Positions 13,495 through 28,079 of a stretch of DNA of 64,000 bases are shown piece by piece. Position 1 is the first letter of the stretch. Each line of letters begins with the position of its first letter. The DNA is from Macrostomum lignano. Its lineage: Eukaryota. Made by a program: the position numbers and the translations under genes. Below the pieces are notes generated by a model that saw nothing but the letters and a program-made list of their open reading frames with translations, was not told where the DNA came from and searched no databases. The DNA is taken from NCBI GenBank assembly GCA_002269645.1, contig NIVC01000558.1:372001-436000 (forward strand). The letters are read 5' to 3'.

Positions 13495-13880
13495 CTTGGC
13501 GCCCCATAACTTTGAATATGGTGGGCGCCCCTTGACTCTGAATGTTAGCGCCCCTTGACTCTGGATGTTGGCGCCACTTAACTCTAGATGTTAGCGCCCC
13601 TTGACTCTAGATGTTAGCGCCACTTAACTCTAGATGTTAGCGTCCCTTGACTCTGGATGCTGGCGCCCCTTGTCTTTAGATGTTGGCGCCAGTTGACTCT
13701 GAATATTGGCGCCACTTGACTCTGAATATTGGCGCCACTTGACTCTGAATATTGGCGCCACTTGACTCTGAATGTTGGCGCCCCTTGACTCTAGATGTTA
13801 GCGCCACTTGACTCTGGATATTGGCGCCACTTAGCTCTAGATGTTGGCGCCACTTGACTCTGAATATTGACGCCCCGTTG
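13495..13880. repeat. ~23-bp minisatellite (attggcgccacttgactctgaat)
   Basis: Tandem units with a GGCGCC core. Confidence 0.93.
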
Positions 13881-14364
13881 ACACCTCGCAATTAAACTGA
13901 AACCAAAGCAGGCAGTCTCGCATCGTGCTTAACTAGCGGCCACTTTCACCGAGGAACAAAGGAAAAGAAAGTTTTTTTTATTGCTCGCATTGGTTATCAG
14001 CATCTAGCCGCTGGTGCAGGGTCCAGTCTGGGGGCAGGGGGTATGGCCAGAGGCTGCAATGCAAAAGAAAAAATGGAAAGAAGGTTGCAGCAAGCAGCCT
14101 TTAATTCCCAATGACCAGCCTCTATTATGGCTTCTACGGTTGCTCCCGCAGGGGGTCACTATATTATTATATATATATATAATTTCTTCTGTGCCTCAGA
14201 ATTTGCTTTTTCTGTATCTATGGATAGCAAAATCCGCAGATTTTTGGCTGTGTTTATTGTTATATCATATTGTGCCACTGTGATATTATTGCACAGGTAT
14301 TGGTACAGTCTGTGCGGATGATATATGCCATGCCTCGCTTTGTGCCCCGTTTTTAATCCAGAGA

Positions 14365-14632
14365 AGGCGCCTCTTATACCCGAGAAGTGGCGCCTCTCAC
14401 AACCTGAAAAATGGCGCCTCTAATAATGAAAAATGGTGCCTCTCATAACCTAAAAAATGGCGCCTCTAATAATGAAAAATGGCGCCTCTCATAACCTAAA
14501 AAATGGCGCCTCTCATACCTGAGAAATTGCGCCTCTCATACCTGAGAAATAGCGCCTCTCATACCTGAGATATTGCGCCTCTCATACCTGAGAAATGCGC
14601 CTCTTATACTATGAGAAAATGGCGCCTCTCAA
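14365..14632. repeat. ~20-23-bp minisatellite (aaatggcgcctctcatacctgag)
   Basis: Tandem units with a GGCGCC/GCGCC core. Confidence 0.9.
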
Positions 14633-15422
14633 AATCCAATAAAGAATCGCAGTACAGACCACCAAATATCAATACAAGTCGCTCAAGACAAAACTTTTTT
14701 TTTGTTTAACTGCGCATAAACGAAGAAGTTTGGAACCCCAAAAAACTGACCAACCAACCGAAGAATGAGATAATGATTTACAATCATAAATATAAATCTA
14801 CAGGTCAATCCGTTGCGAAAACAAAGACAGCAGCTCCAGCTCTTACAAGCGGCTTGGAAACTTTCAAAGGCCAATTATAATTTATGGCTACACTCCAAAA
14901 CAAAGGGACAGTCGCGAGAAACGAATGCCAAACGGCTTGTTTACGATTGGGGGGTCAGTGTTTATTATTGCTAATTAAATATTACACCTGCTGATTTACA
15001 TTTTGATGGCGCTTTGATCTGTTAATTAGTTTCCAAAGCCAAGGCACGTTCGTGGTTACTTGAAGAGGACACGTCTCGAAGACAAGAAGTCGTTTCTTCC
15101 TCAACAGGCCGACTGCATGTACTTTTCCTTGTCTGACGTGTCAGGCAAAACTTGTCGCGTAAAACCGGAATGGGAATTATGCAAATCAGGCCCGGCTGTG
15201 ACTGTTGCTGCTGTGAGATGCTTATCGATGGTACAGCGATCTGGGGAGGCGCTCGCGGAGGTTGGGAGGTCCTGGTTTGTTGGGAGAGAATCTTGGGCAC
15301 CGATAATTGGGCACTTATCCCGCCTTTGCGAGTAAATCCTTCAAGCGTTGGAGGCCTCTGTGGAGAATTAGCTGGGGAACTGCGGGATCTGAGCTGGGAG
15401 CAAGGCAATGGGGAATTCTACC

Positions 15423-16145
<723 letters not shown>

Positions 16146-16879
16146 TACCGGTATCTAAGTATATATCTATGTATCTATCATCATTAGCATTATTATCCTA
16201 AACACCTCAATCACTCTCTACCCAGCACAAGGTGGCCACACCCTGGAGGCGCACTGGCACAAAGGAATTGTTAATCTGCTGTCTCCAGCCTTTCCCAATC
16301 GAATCATGTCCCTGAGAAAGCCGCAGCATTTTATCGCCCTGCAGATTTCACGCTTCACCGCCAAGAAACGCCTTTGACTTTCTGTTTAGCCAAACTAAAC
16401 CCGACTGAGGGTCACCGCGCACCGCGACCATCAGATGAGAACATTGAAATCGCAATTTAAATACGCATTAAGCAGAAATTCAGCATAAACCGGATTTCAA
16501 CAAAGCCTTCACAGGAAACCCGAAAAGCTTCATCATCAAAGACTCGAACGAAAAAAAAAAATTAAGCCGGATCCATTGAAGTTTGCTTGGTGTTTTGTTC
16601 ATAAAGCAACAACCGGCTTCGCCTATTTCCAAAATAGAATTTAATAAAAACAGAAATTGTGTCTGTCATTGAAAAAATACCCGTTTAGGAAGCGTTTGAA
16701 GCCATGGCGACCCAGAGCCAGAAGCTGGAGTTGCCAATTCGTCATCTTTCACTCAAATTTTATCATAACTTGGTTTGTCACTCTGTGAGTTGGCCAGCAG
16801 GGGTTGATAAACTGGGGTCCGCGAAGCATCTCTCTTTGAAACTTTACAGTAGCAATCCTGCCTGCTCATGATTTATGTC

Positions 16880-18265
16880 TCTTCTCAGCTCTCTGCTCTC
16901 TTCTCTCTCCTCTGCTCGCCTCTCTCTCCTCTTTTCTCCTCTGCTCTCCTCTCTCTCCTCTCTTCTCCTCTCTCTCCTCTCCTCTGCTCTCCTCTCCTCT
17001 GATCTCCTCTCCTCTCCTCTCCTCTGATCTCCTCTCCTCTCCTCTGATCTCCTCTCCTCTCCTCTCCTCTCATCTCCTCCCCTCTCCTCTCTTCTCCTCT
17101 CCTCTCCTCTCCTCTCCTCTCCTCTGATCTCCTCTCCTCTCCTCTCCTCTCCTCTGATCTCCTCTCCTCTCCTCTGATCTCCTCTCCTCTCCTCTCCTCT
17201 CATCTCCTCCCCTCTCCTCTCTTCTCCTCTCCTCTCCTCTCCTCTCCTCTCCTCTCCTCTGATCTCCTCTCCTCTCCTCTGATCTCCTCTCCTCTCCTCT
17301 CCTCTCATCTCCTCCCCTCTCCTCTCTTCTCCTCTCCTCTCCTCTCCTCTCCTCTCCTCTCCTCTCCTCTCCTCTCCTCTCCTCTCCTCTCCTCTCCTCT
17401 CCTCTCCTCTCCTCTCCTCTCCTCTCCTCTCCTCTCCTCTCATCTCCTCCCCTCTCCTCTCTTCTCCTCTCCTCTCCTCTCCTCTCCTCTCCTCTGATCT
17501 CCTCTCCTCTCCTCTGATCTCCTCTCCTCTCCTCTCCTCTCATCTCCTCCCCTCTCCTCTCTTCTCCTCTCCTCTCCTCTCCTCTCCTCTCCTCTCCTCT
17601 CCTCTCCTCTCCTCTCCTCTCCTCTCCTCTCCTCTCCTCTCCTCTCATCTCCTCCCCTCTCCTCTCTTCTCCTCTCCTCTCCTCTCTCCTCTCCTCTCCT
17701 CTCCTCTCATCTCCTCCCTCTCCTCTCTTCTCCTCTCCTCTCCTCTCCTCTTCTCTCCTCTGATCTCCTCTCCTCTCCTCTGATCTCCTCTCCTCTCCTC
17801 TCCTCTCATCTCCTCCCCTCTCCTCTCTTCTCCTCTCCTCTCCTCTCCTCTCCTCTCCTCTCCTCTCCTCTCCTCTCCTCTCCTCTCATCTCCTCCCTCT
17901 CCTCTCTTCTCCTCTCCTCTCCTCTCCTCTCCTCTCCTCTCCTCTCCTCTCATCTCCTCCCCTCTCCTCTCTTCTCCTCTCCTCTCCTCTCCTCTCCTCT
18001 CCTCTGATCTCCTCTCCTCTCCTCTCCTCTCCTCTCCTCTCCTCTCCTCTCATCTCCTCCCCTCTCCTCTCTTCTCCTCTCCTCTCCTCTCCTCTCCTCT
18101 CCTCTCCTCTCTTCTCCTCTCCTCTCCTCTCCTCTCCTCTCCTCTCCTCTCCTCTTTTCTCCTCTCTTCTCCTCTCCTTTCCTCTCCTCTCCTCTCTTCT
18201 CCTCTGATCTCCTCTCCTCTCCTCTCATCTCCTCTCCTCTCCTCTCTTCTCCTCTCTCTCCTCTC
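16880..18265. repeat. (CTCCT)n polypyrimidine microsatellite with recurring ctgat/ctcat variants
   Basis: Seen directly. The variant block catctcctcccctctcctctctt recurs many times. Confidence 0.97.
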
Positions 18266-19004
18266 ACATGGCGTCTTCTCTTTCTATTCTTCTCTCTTTT
18301 CTATTCTTTCTCTTTCCTCTTTCACCTGGCTGTTACAGTAAACTTAGGATCTGGCTTTCAAATCTCCAGGTGATGAAGCCAGCCGAACAAAAACCTTATC
18401 CTCATTTTTTGTCAGTCTCTCAGACAGAAATCGTCGGCGACTTCCCTCAGCCGGTCAGGGGGCCGGGGGACCCCTGCAGCAAACACTTTTTTTAATCCAC
18501 CCTCTACTCCCCCCGCCCCGCCCCCCTCCTGCGTGCTTTTATTTCTAGTGGGTCTGTAAATTCTCTGTCTGGGGCGGGGCTCCCCCCCCCCCCCGGGGTC
18601 CCGTCTTGTCTGGTCCTGTCTGCAAAGGTAGAGCTCGCAATTCAAGTTGCCTGACTAAAGTTGGGATTTGCTTGCTGTATAGTTTATTACTGCTTCTAGG
18701 GGCAAGTTTTCTGTTGCAAAATTCTGTGTAGAGCCAAGGGGAAACATAATTTGTAGAATGAGGGCTCAAGAGCGTGTTTTTTTCTCTTCAACTCCCATTG
18801 TCCCTTTTTTCTGAAAAAAAGACAATGCTTCCGCTCGTGTCTATTATTTTGCCTCCATGCTCTGATCTTTGAGCACTGCACTGAGGCTGACTGACTGGCT
18901 CAGGCCTCTGTTTAGAGATTGTCGGTTGAGAGTAAAATAAGGGAAAGTTTGGTTTAAAAACACTGGGTGATAGAGACAATCCAAACTGGTAGGAATGACT
19001 GAGT

Positions 19005-19500
19005 GGAGTGGGAGAGAGTGGAGAGAGGAGGGGTAGACAGGAAATTGAGGTAGACAGGGGAAGGAGGGAGAGAGGGGAAGGAGAGGGAGAGAGGGGAAAG
19101 AGAGGGAGAGAGGGGAAGGAGGGAGAGAGGGGAAAGAGAGGAAGAGAGGGGAAGGAGAGGGAGAGAGGGGAAAGAGAGGGGGAGAGGGGAAAGAGAGGGA
19201 GAGAGGGGAAGGAGGGAGAGAGGGGAAAGAGAGGGAGAGAGGGGAAAGAGGGGAGAGAGAGGAAAGAGAGGGAGAGAGGGGAAGAAGGGAGAGAGGGGAG
19301 GAGAGGGAGAGAGGGGAAAGAGAGGGAGAGAGGAGAAGGAGAGGGAGAGAGGGGAAAGAGGGGACAGAGAGGAAAGAGAGGGAGAGAGGGGAAGAAGGGA
19401 GAGAGGGGGAGGAGAGGAAAGAGGGGAAGGAGAGGGAGAGAGGAGAAAGAGAGGGAGAGAGGGGGAGGAGAGGAAAGAGGTTAAGGAGAGATAGAGATGA
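19005..19500. repeat. Polypurine (GGAGA/GGAAA) degenerate repeat
   Basis: Seen directly. Confidence 0.93.
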
Positions 19501-20059
19501 GCGAGAACTAATAGGGAAAGTTTTCCATAGCACAAGATATATGAATATGAATGCGCAAAGCTAAAATCGGAGGTCAGTGAAGGTGCCACCAGGAATTGCT
19601 CTCAGAAATTGCTAACTATTCCGGAAGCGACCAGTCCACATACCTGGCAACTTTGTAAAGCTTTGAACTTTCCCGTAGCTCACATTTATTATTGGCCTTT
19701 GCCACAGCAACTGTTCAAAAAATAGTCATTTTTATCTTTATAATTTCTTTTTCTTGCAAGGAAGCCCAATTAGTGCAGCAAGGACCAAGGAGTGCGGCGC
19801 TTCCAGGAATGCTGGGCCACCAAAGCTGGCCTTCCTTTTTTGCCCTTCACTTTCACCACCACCCTGTTCAGGAGGGTTGTGGCGAGATCGTTTCCACAAC
19901 CAGAGTGCTCAAAAAAGTCAGCCTGCGCGATCGCGTGTGTATGAGTGGATTGATAGACGAAAAGCCTTCAAGATTTTAATTGGAGATGCCAAAATTCAGA
20001 GGCAGAGCTCTCGTCTTCTTGAGCTGAGCTGATTTGATATCGTCAGGATCGTGAGGATT

Positions 20060-20990
20060 AGATGTCGTTGAGATGGGTCAACTGACCTATTAGATGTCGT
20101 TGAGATGGGTCAACTGACCTATTAGATGTCGTTGAGATGGGTCAACTGACCTATTAGATGTTGGAAAGATGGGTCAACTGACCTATTAGATGTTGGAAAA
20201 ATGGGTCAACTGACCTTTTAGATGTCGTTGAGATGGGTCAACTGTTCTATTTGATGTCAGGAAGATGGGTCAACTGACCTATTAGACATTTTTAGAATGG
20301 GTCAACTGACCTATTAGAAATTTTTAGAATGGGTCAACTGACCTATTAGACATTTCTAGAATGGGTCAACTGACCTATTTGACATTTTTAGAATGGGTCA
20401 ACTGACTTATTTGACATTTTTAGAATGGGTCAACTGACCTATTAGACATTTTTAGAATGGGTCAACTGACCTATTAGACATTTTTAGAATGAGTCAACTG
20501 ACCTATTAGACAGTTTTTTGAATGAGTCAACTGACCTATTATGTGTCGTTGAGATGGGTCAACTGACCTATTAGATGTCATTGAGATGGTTGAACTGACC
20601 TATTAGGCATTTTTAGAATGGGTCAACTGACCTATTTGACATTTTTAGAATGGGTCAACTGACCTATTAGACATTTTTAGAATGGGTCAACTGACCTATT
20701 AGACATTTTTAGAATGGGTCAACTGACCTATTAGACATTTTTAGAATGAGTCAACTGACCTATTAGACAGTTTTTTGAATGAGTCAACTGACCTATTAGA
20801 CAATTTTAGGATGAGTCAACTGACCTATTAGACATTCTTAGAATGAGTCAACTGACCTATTATACGATTTTAGGATGTGTCAACTGACCTATTAGACATT
20901 TTTTAATGAGTCCAATGACCTATTGGACATTTTTAGAATGAGTCAACTGACCTATCAGACATTGTCAGGATGGGTCAACTGAATCGTGAC
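20060..20990. repeat. ~32-bp minisatellite (atgggtcaactgacctattagacatttttaga)
   Basis: Tandem units with a GTCAACTGAC quasi-palindromic core. Confidence 0.95.
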
Positions 20991-21809
20991 TCACTCACAA
21001 GAACGATTTAATTAATTTCCCTATTGAGCACATTACACATTACATTAATCCTAAACGGTTCCTCATTGTAGCCTAAGTCAGTTAGTTGGTCGACAGACAA
21101 AAGAGGATAATTAACTAACTGCCCACGCGCCGCCAGGGCCCAAGCATTATTTGGAGCAATTATTTTTTATTTGATTTTTACAGCGCAGCCCGAGCTGATA
21201 GGGCCGTAAATTTATGGTGTACAACATGAGTGCAACCTTGACCACAGTCAAGCACTGTGACACATGCATATATTAATGTTACTAAAATGGCCTGATAGCT
21301 AGCAGTTTCAAAGCTGGGCCCCAATTTTTATTAACCTCAATAAACTGACTGCGGCTGACACCGGGGCTTCCTGTCTGCTTCGTCTGCTTCCTCTCCTGGA
21401 GGCAGGGAAACCGACATCTGCCCTTCCCATCTGCCTCTGGAAGAAGAGAGAGTGGCAATTCCCAGCGATGCCTCCCCCCCCTCGTTTCCGAAACTGACAC
21501 CGCATCGGTTAAAATCTCGTTTTCCAAGAAATGGATCCTGATTGCATGTCGCCGCCTGAAATGCATTTTCAGATATCTTCGTTGATGTGCCTGCCAATAA
21601 GGTGGTTTGTTATCAAATGATCTTGTAGGCTATTTGGCAGAATACTGTGACTATTAAGCGCTGTGATTGAATTCTTTCTAACTATGAATTGTTGCCATCG
21701 ATTTCTGGTAAACCGAATTTTGCTGAGCCACTTGCCGTTGCTCTTGCTGGCATGCTGAGATACATGCTCTGGCTGAGATGCGGAATGAACTGGATTTGTG
21801 CACCCCATC

Positions 21810-22410
21810 CATCTCCCTCTAAATCTCCATCTTCCTCTCCCTCTCCCTCTCCATCTCCGTCTCCATCTCCATCTCCCTCTCCCTCTCCCTCTCCCTCTCC
21901 CTCTCCCTCTCCCTCTCCCTCTCCATCTCCGTCTCCATCTCCATCTCCCTCTCCCTCTCCCTCTCCCTCTCCATCTCCCTCTCCATCTCCCTCTCTCCCC
22001 CTCCATCTCCATCTCCCTCTCCATCTCCCTCTCTCCCCCTCCATCTCCATCTCCCACTCCATCTCCCTCTCTCCCCTCCATCTCCATCTCCCTCTCCATC
22101 TCCCTCTCTCCCCTCCATCTCCATCTCTCTCTCACTCTCCGTCTCCCTCTCCATCTCCCTCTCCATCTCCCTCTCCCTCTCCCTCTCCATCTCCATCTCC
22201 ATCTCCCTCTCCCTCTCCATCTCCATCTCCCTCTCCCTCTCCCTCTCCCTCTCTCTCTCTCTCCATCTCCCTCTCCCTCTCCCTCTCCCTCTCTCTCTCC
22301 ATCTCCCTCTCCCTCTACCTCTCCATCTCCATCTCCATCTCCCTCTCCATCTCCCTCTCCATCTCCATCTTCATCTCCCTCTCCCTCTCCCTCTCCCTCT
22401 CCCTCTCCGC
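21810..22410. repeat. (CTCCCT/CTCCAT)n polypyrimidine repeat
   Basis: Seen directly. Confidence 0.96.
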
Positions 22411-23004
22411 CGTCCCTATCTCTTACATCTAATTCAATTCTTTTCAAAAGGAGAACTTTTTCTTCCCACCCTCCTAACTTCACTGCTCCGCCGTCAAAGT
22501 CTTCCCAAGAAACCGTTTTCCTCGTGACCTACTCAACTCGCTCGCTCAACCAAAAAACCCCTCATATTTCTCATTTTCCAAATGTCACAAGCAGAAAAGA
22601 ATCCTATGAAAGGAATATCAGGATCGCCTCTCTATTGCGTTTGCAAACTTTTATCCTATCGAACTCGGTCTCATCTCAATCCCTTCTCATTTCCTATCTA
22701 CTTCCCAGCTATAGTACTGCCCTCGAACTTAATTTTGACCCTCTATACCTAAGCCAGGGGTTAAGGAGGTCCAGCATTCTTGGAGGAAGAATTTCTTATT
22801 CGAACGGAACTCCTTCGCCTGGCACAAAATCAATTTGGGTTCGAGTTTTTCAGCTCAAGCTCAGACTTAGTCATGGCTTGCTTTCTTGGAGCCCGAGCTA
22901 GACAGCCACAGAACCCTAATTTAAGCCCATTTATCTGCGTTTCATTCAACTCCTCAGTCAAATCGTAATCTGCACTTTTGCATTGATCCGCTACCGGTAG
23001 ACTC

Positions 23005-23655
23005 TGAGAATGGGTCACCTGACCCACTAGATCTTCATTATGGGTCACCTGACCCACTAGATTCCAGAATGAGTCAACTGACCCACTAGATCTTCAGAAT
23101 GAATCAACTGACCCACTAGATCTTCGGAACGGGTCAACTGACCCACTAGATTCCAGAATGGGTCAACTGACCCACTAAATCTTCAGAATTAGTCAAATGA
23201 CCCACTAGATCTACGGAATAGATCAAATGACCCACTAGATCTTCATCATGGGTCACCTGATTGGACCCACTAGATCTTCAGAATGAGTCAAATGACCCAC
23301 TAGATCTTCATCATGGGTCACCTGACCTGACCCACTAGATCTTCAGAATGAGTCAACTGACCTACTAGATCCCATAATGGGTCAACTGACCCAACAGATC
23401 TTCAACTGACCTACTAGATCTTTTGAATGGGTCAACTTACCCACTAGATCTTCATTATGGGTCAACTGACCCACTAAATCTTTCGAATGAGTCACCGGAC
23501 CCACTAAATCTTCAGAATGAGTCAACTGACCCACTAGATATTCATCATGGGTCACTTGACCCACTAGATCTTTATAATAGGTCAAGTGACCCAGTAGATC
23601 TTTAGAATAGGTCGCTTGACCCATTAAGATCTTCAGAATGAGTCACCTGACCCAA
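23005..23655. repeat. ~30-bp minisatellite (atgggtcaactgacccactagatcttcaga)
   Basis: Tandem units sharing the core ATGGGTCAACTGACC with the 20060-20990 array. Confidence 0.93.
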
Positions 23656-24029
23656 TAAATAGGGAAGGAACCGAGTACAAACTCTATGATTTTATGAATT
23701 TTACAACCAGACAAATCGATTATTTTAGACCAACAATACAGTCAGCCATTCTCAAGGTTAAACCAGTCAATTAAATGAGTCATCATGCCATTATTCGTGA
23801 ATTGCGTGCCAATTTTGCCTTGCTATAACAAAACTTTTTCTTCGCTCGACTTGTCAAGTCAGAAATTAAATTGGCAGAAAAATTCTTTTACCAATTAATG
23901 TAAATTTGTGGAGGCTTTGTGTAAAATTTTGAAAAACAAACAGCGGGAAAAAGCAGCTGGTTGTCACGGCTGGTTGGCGAAAATGTTTGTCTAATTTCTA
24001 TTGGTGAATATAGATTTGAGACCAAGATT

Positions 24030-24470
24030 AGGCTATGAGAAATGCATGAGAATTACAGAATAATGAGAAATGCATGAGAAATACAGAGCTATGAGAAATG
24101 CATGAGAAATACAGAGCTATGAGAAATGCATGAGAAATACAGAGCTATGAGAAATGCATGAGAAATACAGAGCTATGAGAAATGCATGAAAAATACACAG
24201 CTATGAGAAATTCATGAGAAATACAGAGCCATGAGAAATGCATGAAAAATACACAGCTATGAGAAATTCATGAGAAATACAGAGCCATGAGAAATGCATG
24301 AGAAATACAGAGCTATGAGAAATTCATGAGAATTTCAGAGCTATGAGAAATGCATGAGAATTTCAGAGCTATGAGAAATGCATGAGAAATACAGAGCTAT
24401 GAGAAATGCATGAGAATTTCAGAGCTATAAGAAATGCATGATAAATACACAGGCATGAGAAATGCATGAG
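24030..24470. repeat. 28-bp minisatellite (gctatgagaaatgcatgagaaatacaga), built from two ATGAGAAAT sub-units
   Basis: Seen directly. Confidence 0.95.
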
Positions 24471-24544
24471 AATCAAATGATTTTGTCTCAAATAGATAGA
24501 AAGATACTGAGCAAAATATCGCAGTTAGCATCTCGGAACCCGCG

Positions 24545-24558
24545 GTTGCCATGGTGAC
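24545..24558. promoter_or_regulatory. RFX X-box-like motif GTTGCCATGGTGAC
   Basis: The reverse complement GTCACCATGGCAAC fits the X-box consensus RTHNYYWTRRNRAC. It lies in a GC-rich unique patch about 3.5 kb upstream of the protocadherin ATG. Motif match only. Confidence 0.35.
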
Positions 24559-25344
24559 AGAACCCCGCTTATCCACGCCATGCTCGATAATGAATGCCAG
24601 CCGTGCTCATCAGTCAGAGGCTCGGCATTCGAGTCGCTAATCACCTGGGGAGAAAATCAGGGAGGCGGGCGCGCGGACCTCCCTCTCCGCGTGCTCGCCT
24701 CCCGAAATCCCCAGATGAATTTGCCGCTCCGTTTTTTGAAAAATTAATCAACTCTTGGCCTCCGCGGTGGGGAAGAGACTGAAGGCAGCCGAGGGGATTA
24801 AGGAATTAAACTAGCCATTAGTAATTGTGATTTTGTCTACAGATTACACAACTATTCAATTTTTGGTTATTAATTTCAAAGGGCGCATATCAACTAAACT
24901 AAAATTAATATTTCATTATTACAATTACTGGGGTTTTCCATGGTTAGGCCAAAAAATTCCTACGGAGTGACAATTCCCCATGGTCGTATAGCTGAAAGGG
25001 GACAGGGGGGTGGGGGAGCAGATATTCTGAAACAAGAAAACTTACTTTAAAGGCTGCGGGAGGGTCCGGATCTGGAGGATGCGGCCTTGGCTCGCTTATT
25101 GGCAAAACACTTTCATGCCTTCAGCGCGGGGGACCCGGAATGCCCCCCACCATGACTTGACTTGATGGGAATCTGCGGTGCGCCATCCATCTGCTGCTGC
25201 CGTCACTGCACTTGTAGCCTTCGGCCGCTCTGTTTGGCCCGCTTTAAGAAGCAGAAAAAAGAGCAAGACTGATGAGGCATGGTGAAGATTACCTGGGAAG
25301 TTAATTAGGAAGCTGAATGCTTTTGTGTCAACTGCCAAGATTTG

Positions 25345-26210
25345 GCGTCACTAGGTCAGATTTGGCGTCACTAGGTCAGATTTGGCGTCACTAGGTCAGA
25401 TTTGGCGTCACTAGGTCAGATTTGGCGTCACTAGGTCAGATTTGGCGTCACTAGGTCAGATTTGGTGCCACTAGGTCAGATTTGGCGCCACTATGTCAGA
25501 TTTGGCGTCACTATGTCAGATTTGGTGCCACTAGGTCAGATTTGGCGCCACTATGTCAGATTTGGCGTCACTATGTCAGATTGGGTGCCACTAGGTCAGA
25601 TTTGGCGCCACTATGTCAGATTTGGCGTCACTATGTCAGATTGGGCGTCACTAGGTCAGATTTGGCACTACTCAGAGTCAGATTTGGCGTCACTAGGTCA
25701 GATTTAGCGTCCCTAGGTCAGGTTTGGCGCCACTAGGTCAGACTTAACGCCACTAAATCAGGTTTGGCACCACTAGGTCAGATTTAGCGCCACTAGGTCA
25801 TGTTTGGCGCCACTAGGTTAGATTTAACGCCACTAAATCAGGTTTGGCGCCACTAGATCAGATTTAGCGCCACTAGGTCAGGTTTGACGCCACTAGGTCA
25901 GATTTGGCACTACTCAGAGTCAGATTTGGCGCCACTACGTCATATTTGGCGCCACTAGGTCAGATTTGGCACTACTCAGAGTCCGATTTGGCGCCACTAG
26001 GTCAGATTTGGCACTACTCAGAGTCAGATTTGGCGCCACTAGGTCAGATTTGGCACTACTCAGAGTCAGATTTGGCACTACTCAGAGTCAGATTTGGCGC
26101 CACTACGTCATATTTGGCGCCACTAGGTCAGATTTGGCACTACTCAGAGTCCGATTTGGCGCCACTAGGTCAGATTTGGCACTACTCAGAGTCAGATTCG
26201 GCGCCATAAA
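25345..26210. repeat. 20-bp minisatellite (tttggcgtcactaggtcaga / tttggcgccactaggtcaga / tttggcactactcagagtcaga)
   Basis: Tandem units with block-wise variant turnover. Confidence 0.96.
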
Positions 26211-28079
26211 GTAAAATTTCGAAGCCATTGAAATAGTTTTGTCGTCGTGAACCCGGCGCCACTAAATCAATTTGTATAAGCATTGGATTCGACTCAAATC
26301 TGATGCAGCAATCGATAGGAGAGAGAGTAAGAGAGATATTAAAACTGCTCACTTTGCGGCCAATACAGCCCGTCCATCCAGTTAACTTTCTCTTCATATC
26401 TTTGAGTCAGAGAGATTTCCAGTTTAATGCGGCCGCCAGCGCTATTTAAGGGGGAAGATGGGGTCATAAAAATCTGAGCTGTAGCGCTAGAAAAATATCC
26501 CTTCGAGGGTGATGGTGAGGTGTGTGGGGATGGTGTGGGGATTCCACAGTTTATGACCCCCATCTCCAGCGCCACACGCAACGGCCTTTTTCGACCCCCC
26601 CAAGGCGGCCGGCCAACCCATCCGTCCGTGCAGAGGGTGAGTAAGGAAGGAACTGCAGCCATAAGACGGGGGGTCACTTCCCGTTTCCCCTAAAAAGAAG
26701 AAAAGCCGGCCGCAGATAAAAGCAGAAAAGAGCTTCCTAGGGATTGTTCAAAAGAAGTTTTCTAAGATTAAAACCAACTTCATTAATATAGGGACAATAA
26801 TTATGAGAAGCTCTGATGCGTCTACTGAGAAAAAATTATTAGGACCATCAGGCGGCCATCTTTGCGAATGACTAACTGAAAAGAATAATTTTGAGCTCAG
26901 TGGTGACTCATCGATGCGATGAAAATATTGGCGATGGGTGAAAAAAAGTGATGATTTTTTAGTCGGCCCACCTGTTATAAAAATGTTTGAATTACCTGTA
27001 AATTGAATATACATTTTTATTCGATTAATAAATAAATAATACGCGTATTGTCCACCGATCGATACATTGTTGCAATTATCATTGTTGCTTTCCAATGATC
27101 GGTTGATAATCATTTTAACTGCTGGCCTATGAGCACAGGCAGCACAAGCTGAAACGGCGGCTGCCACCAGATTAATGTATGAATATTTTATCCTTTCAGG
27201 GTCATCACGCTTGTAGCGGCTTGTGTTTTGGGAATTGGGGAGTTGAGTTGCGTGATGAGGTGCAGAGGAATCTGTGGGGGGGGGGGCGGCTTCTCAAATC
27301 CGCTATAAACCCGCGCGTTCACACACCAACCGTGCACTTGTGAGCTATAGGAACTGCGAACTAAAGGCTCTGCTTCAGATCTCCCAGATATCACGCCATC
27401 CTCTTGTACTTAATCTGTATTGCTTGAGCCTGAGTCAATACTTAACTGCTCACAAGTTGTACTAACACAAAAATCTTGAGTACAAGTTGTTCCACTACAG
27501 AAAGGAGAGAATAGCAGTTGTCTCGAACACTATATATTTATCTTCTAGGCGCTGCAATTCTTTCCTGACTCTTCCAGGGTAACAAAAGTTCATTTTTTCC
27601 TGTTCAGGAACTATGGAATGATGAATATTTTAAAAGCATTGTCATGGATACCCCCATCCCTGCCTCCCCGTCTGACTGTCGCCTGTCTTTTTTTAAAAGA
27701 CAATTTTAAAGACAAAAAGAAAAAGTCGCCAGAAAAAAAGCTTGAATGAATGTAGCAGACAGACAACAGCAACGCTCTCAAGCGCCGAGAGACACAGAGA
27801 TTAAGTCTGACTGCTTCTCCGCCATTGGCTCCAAGGCCTGGTCCAATGAGAGGGTCCTCAAGCAAAGCTGGCACAAGCAGGGACTAATGGTGGGAGGCCC
27901 AACCAACCCGCGAAGGAGGCGAACGGACTGTGGAAATCCTTTCCAGAAGAAATAGCCAAGCGACACACAAAGAGCTTCGTTTGTAGTCTGCCGCCCCATC
28001 TGAGTGTCCCGACTTTCTGCTTTTTTCTCTTTAGTTAAGATGTTTGAAAATTGCTAGCAGATTTTACTCCTCACAAAGC

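Noticed and set aside
18268-18495. Small ORF with an apparent signal peptide
   Set aside because: The hydrophobic start comes from the decaying pyrimidine repeat, and there is no other support.
28044-28079. TTG start of the 930-aa ORF
   Set aside because: Eukaryotic gene: the ATG at 28080 directly precedes a signal peptide, and the 3' end of the ORF runs through a splice donor.
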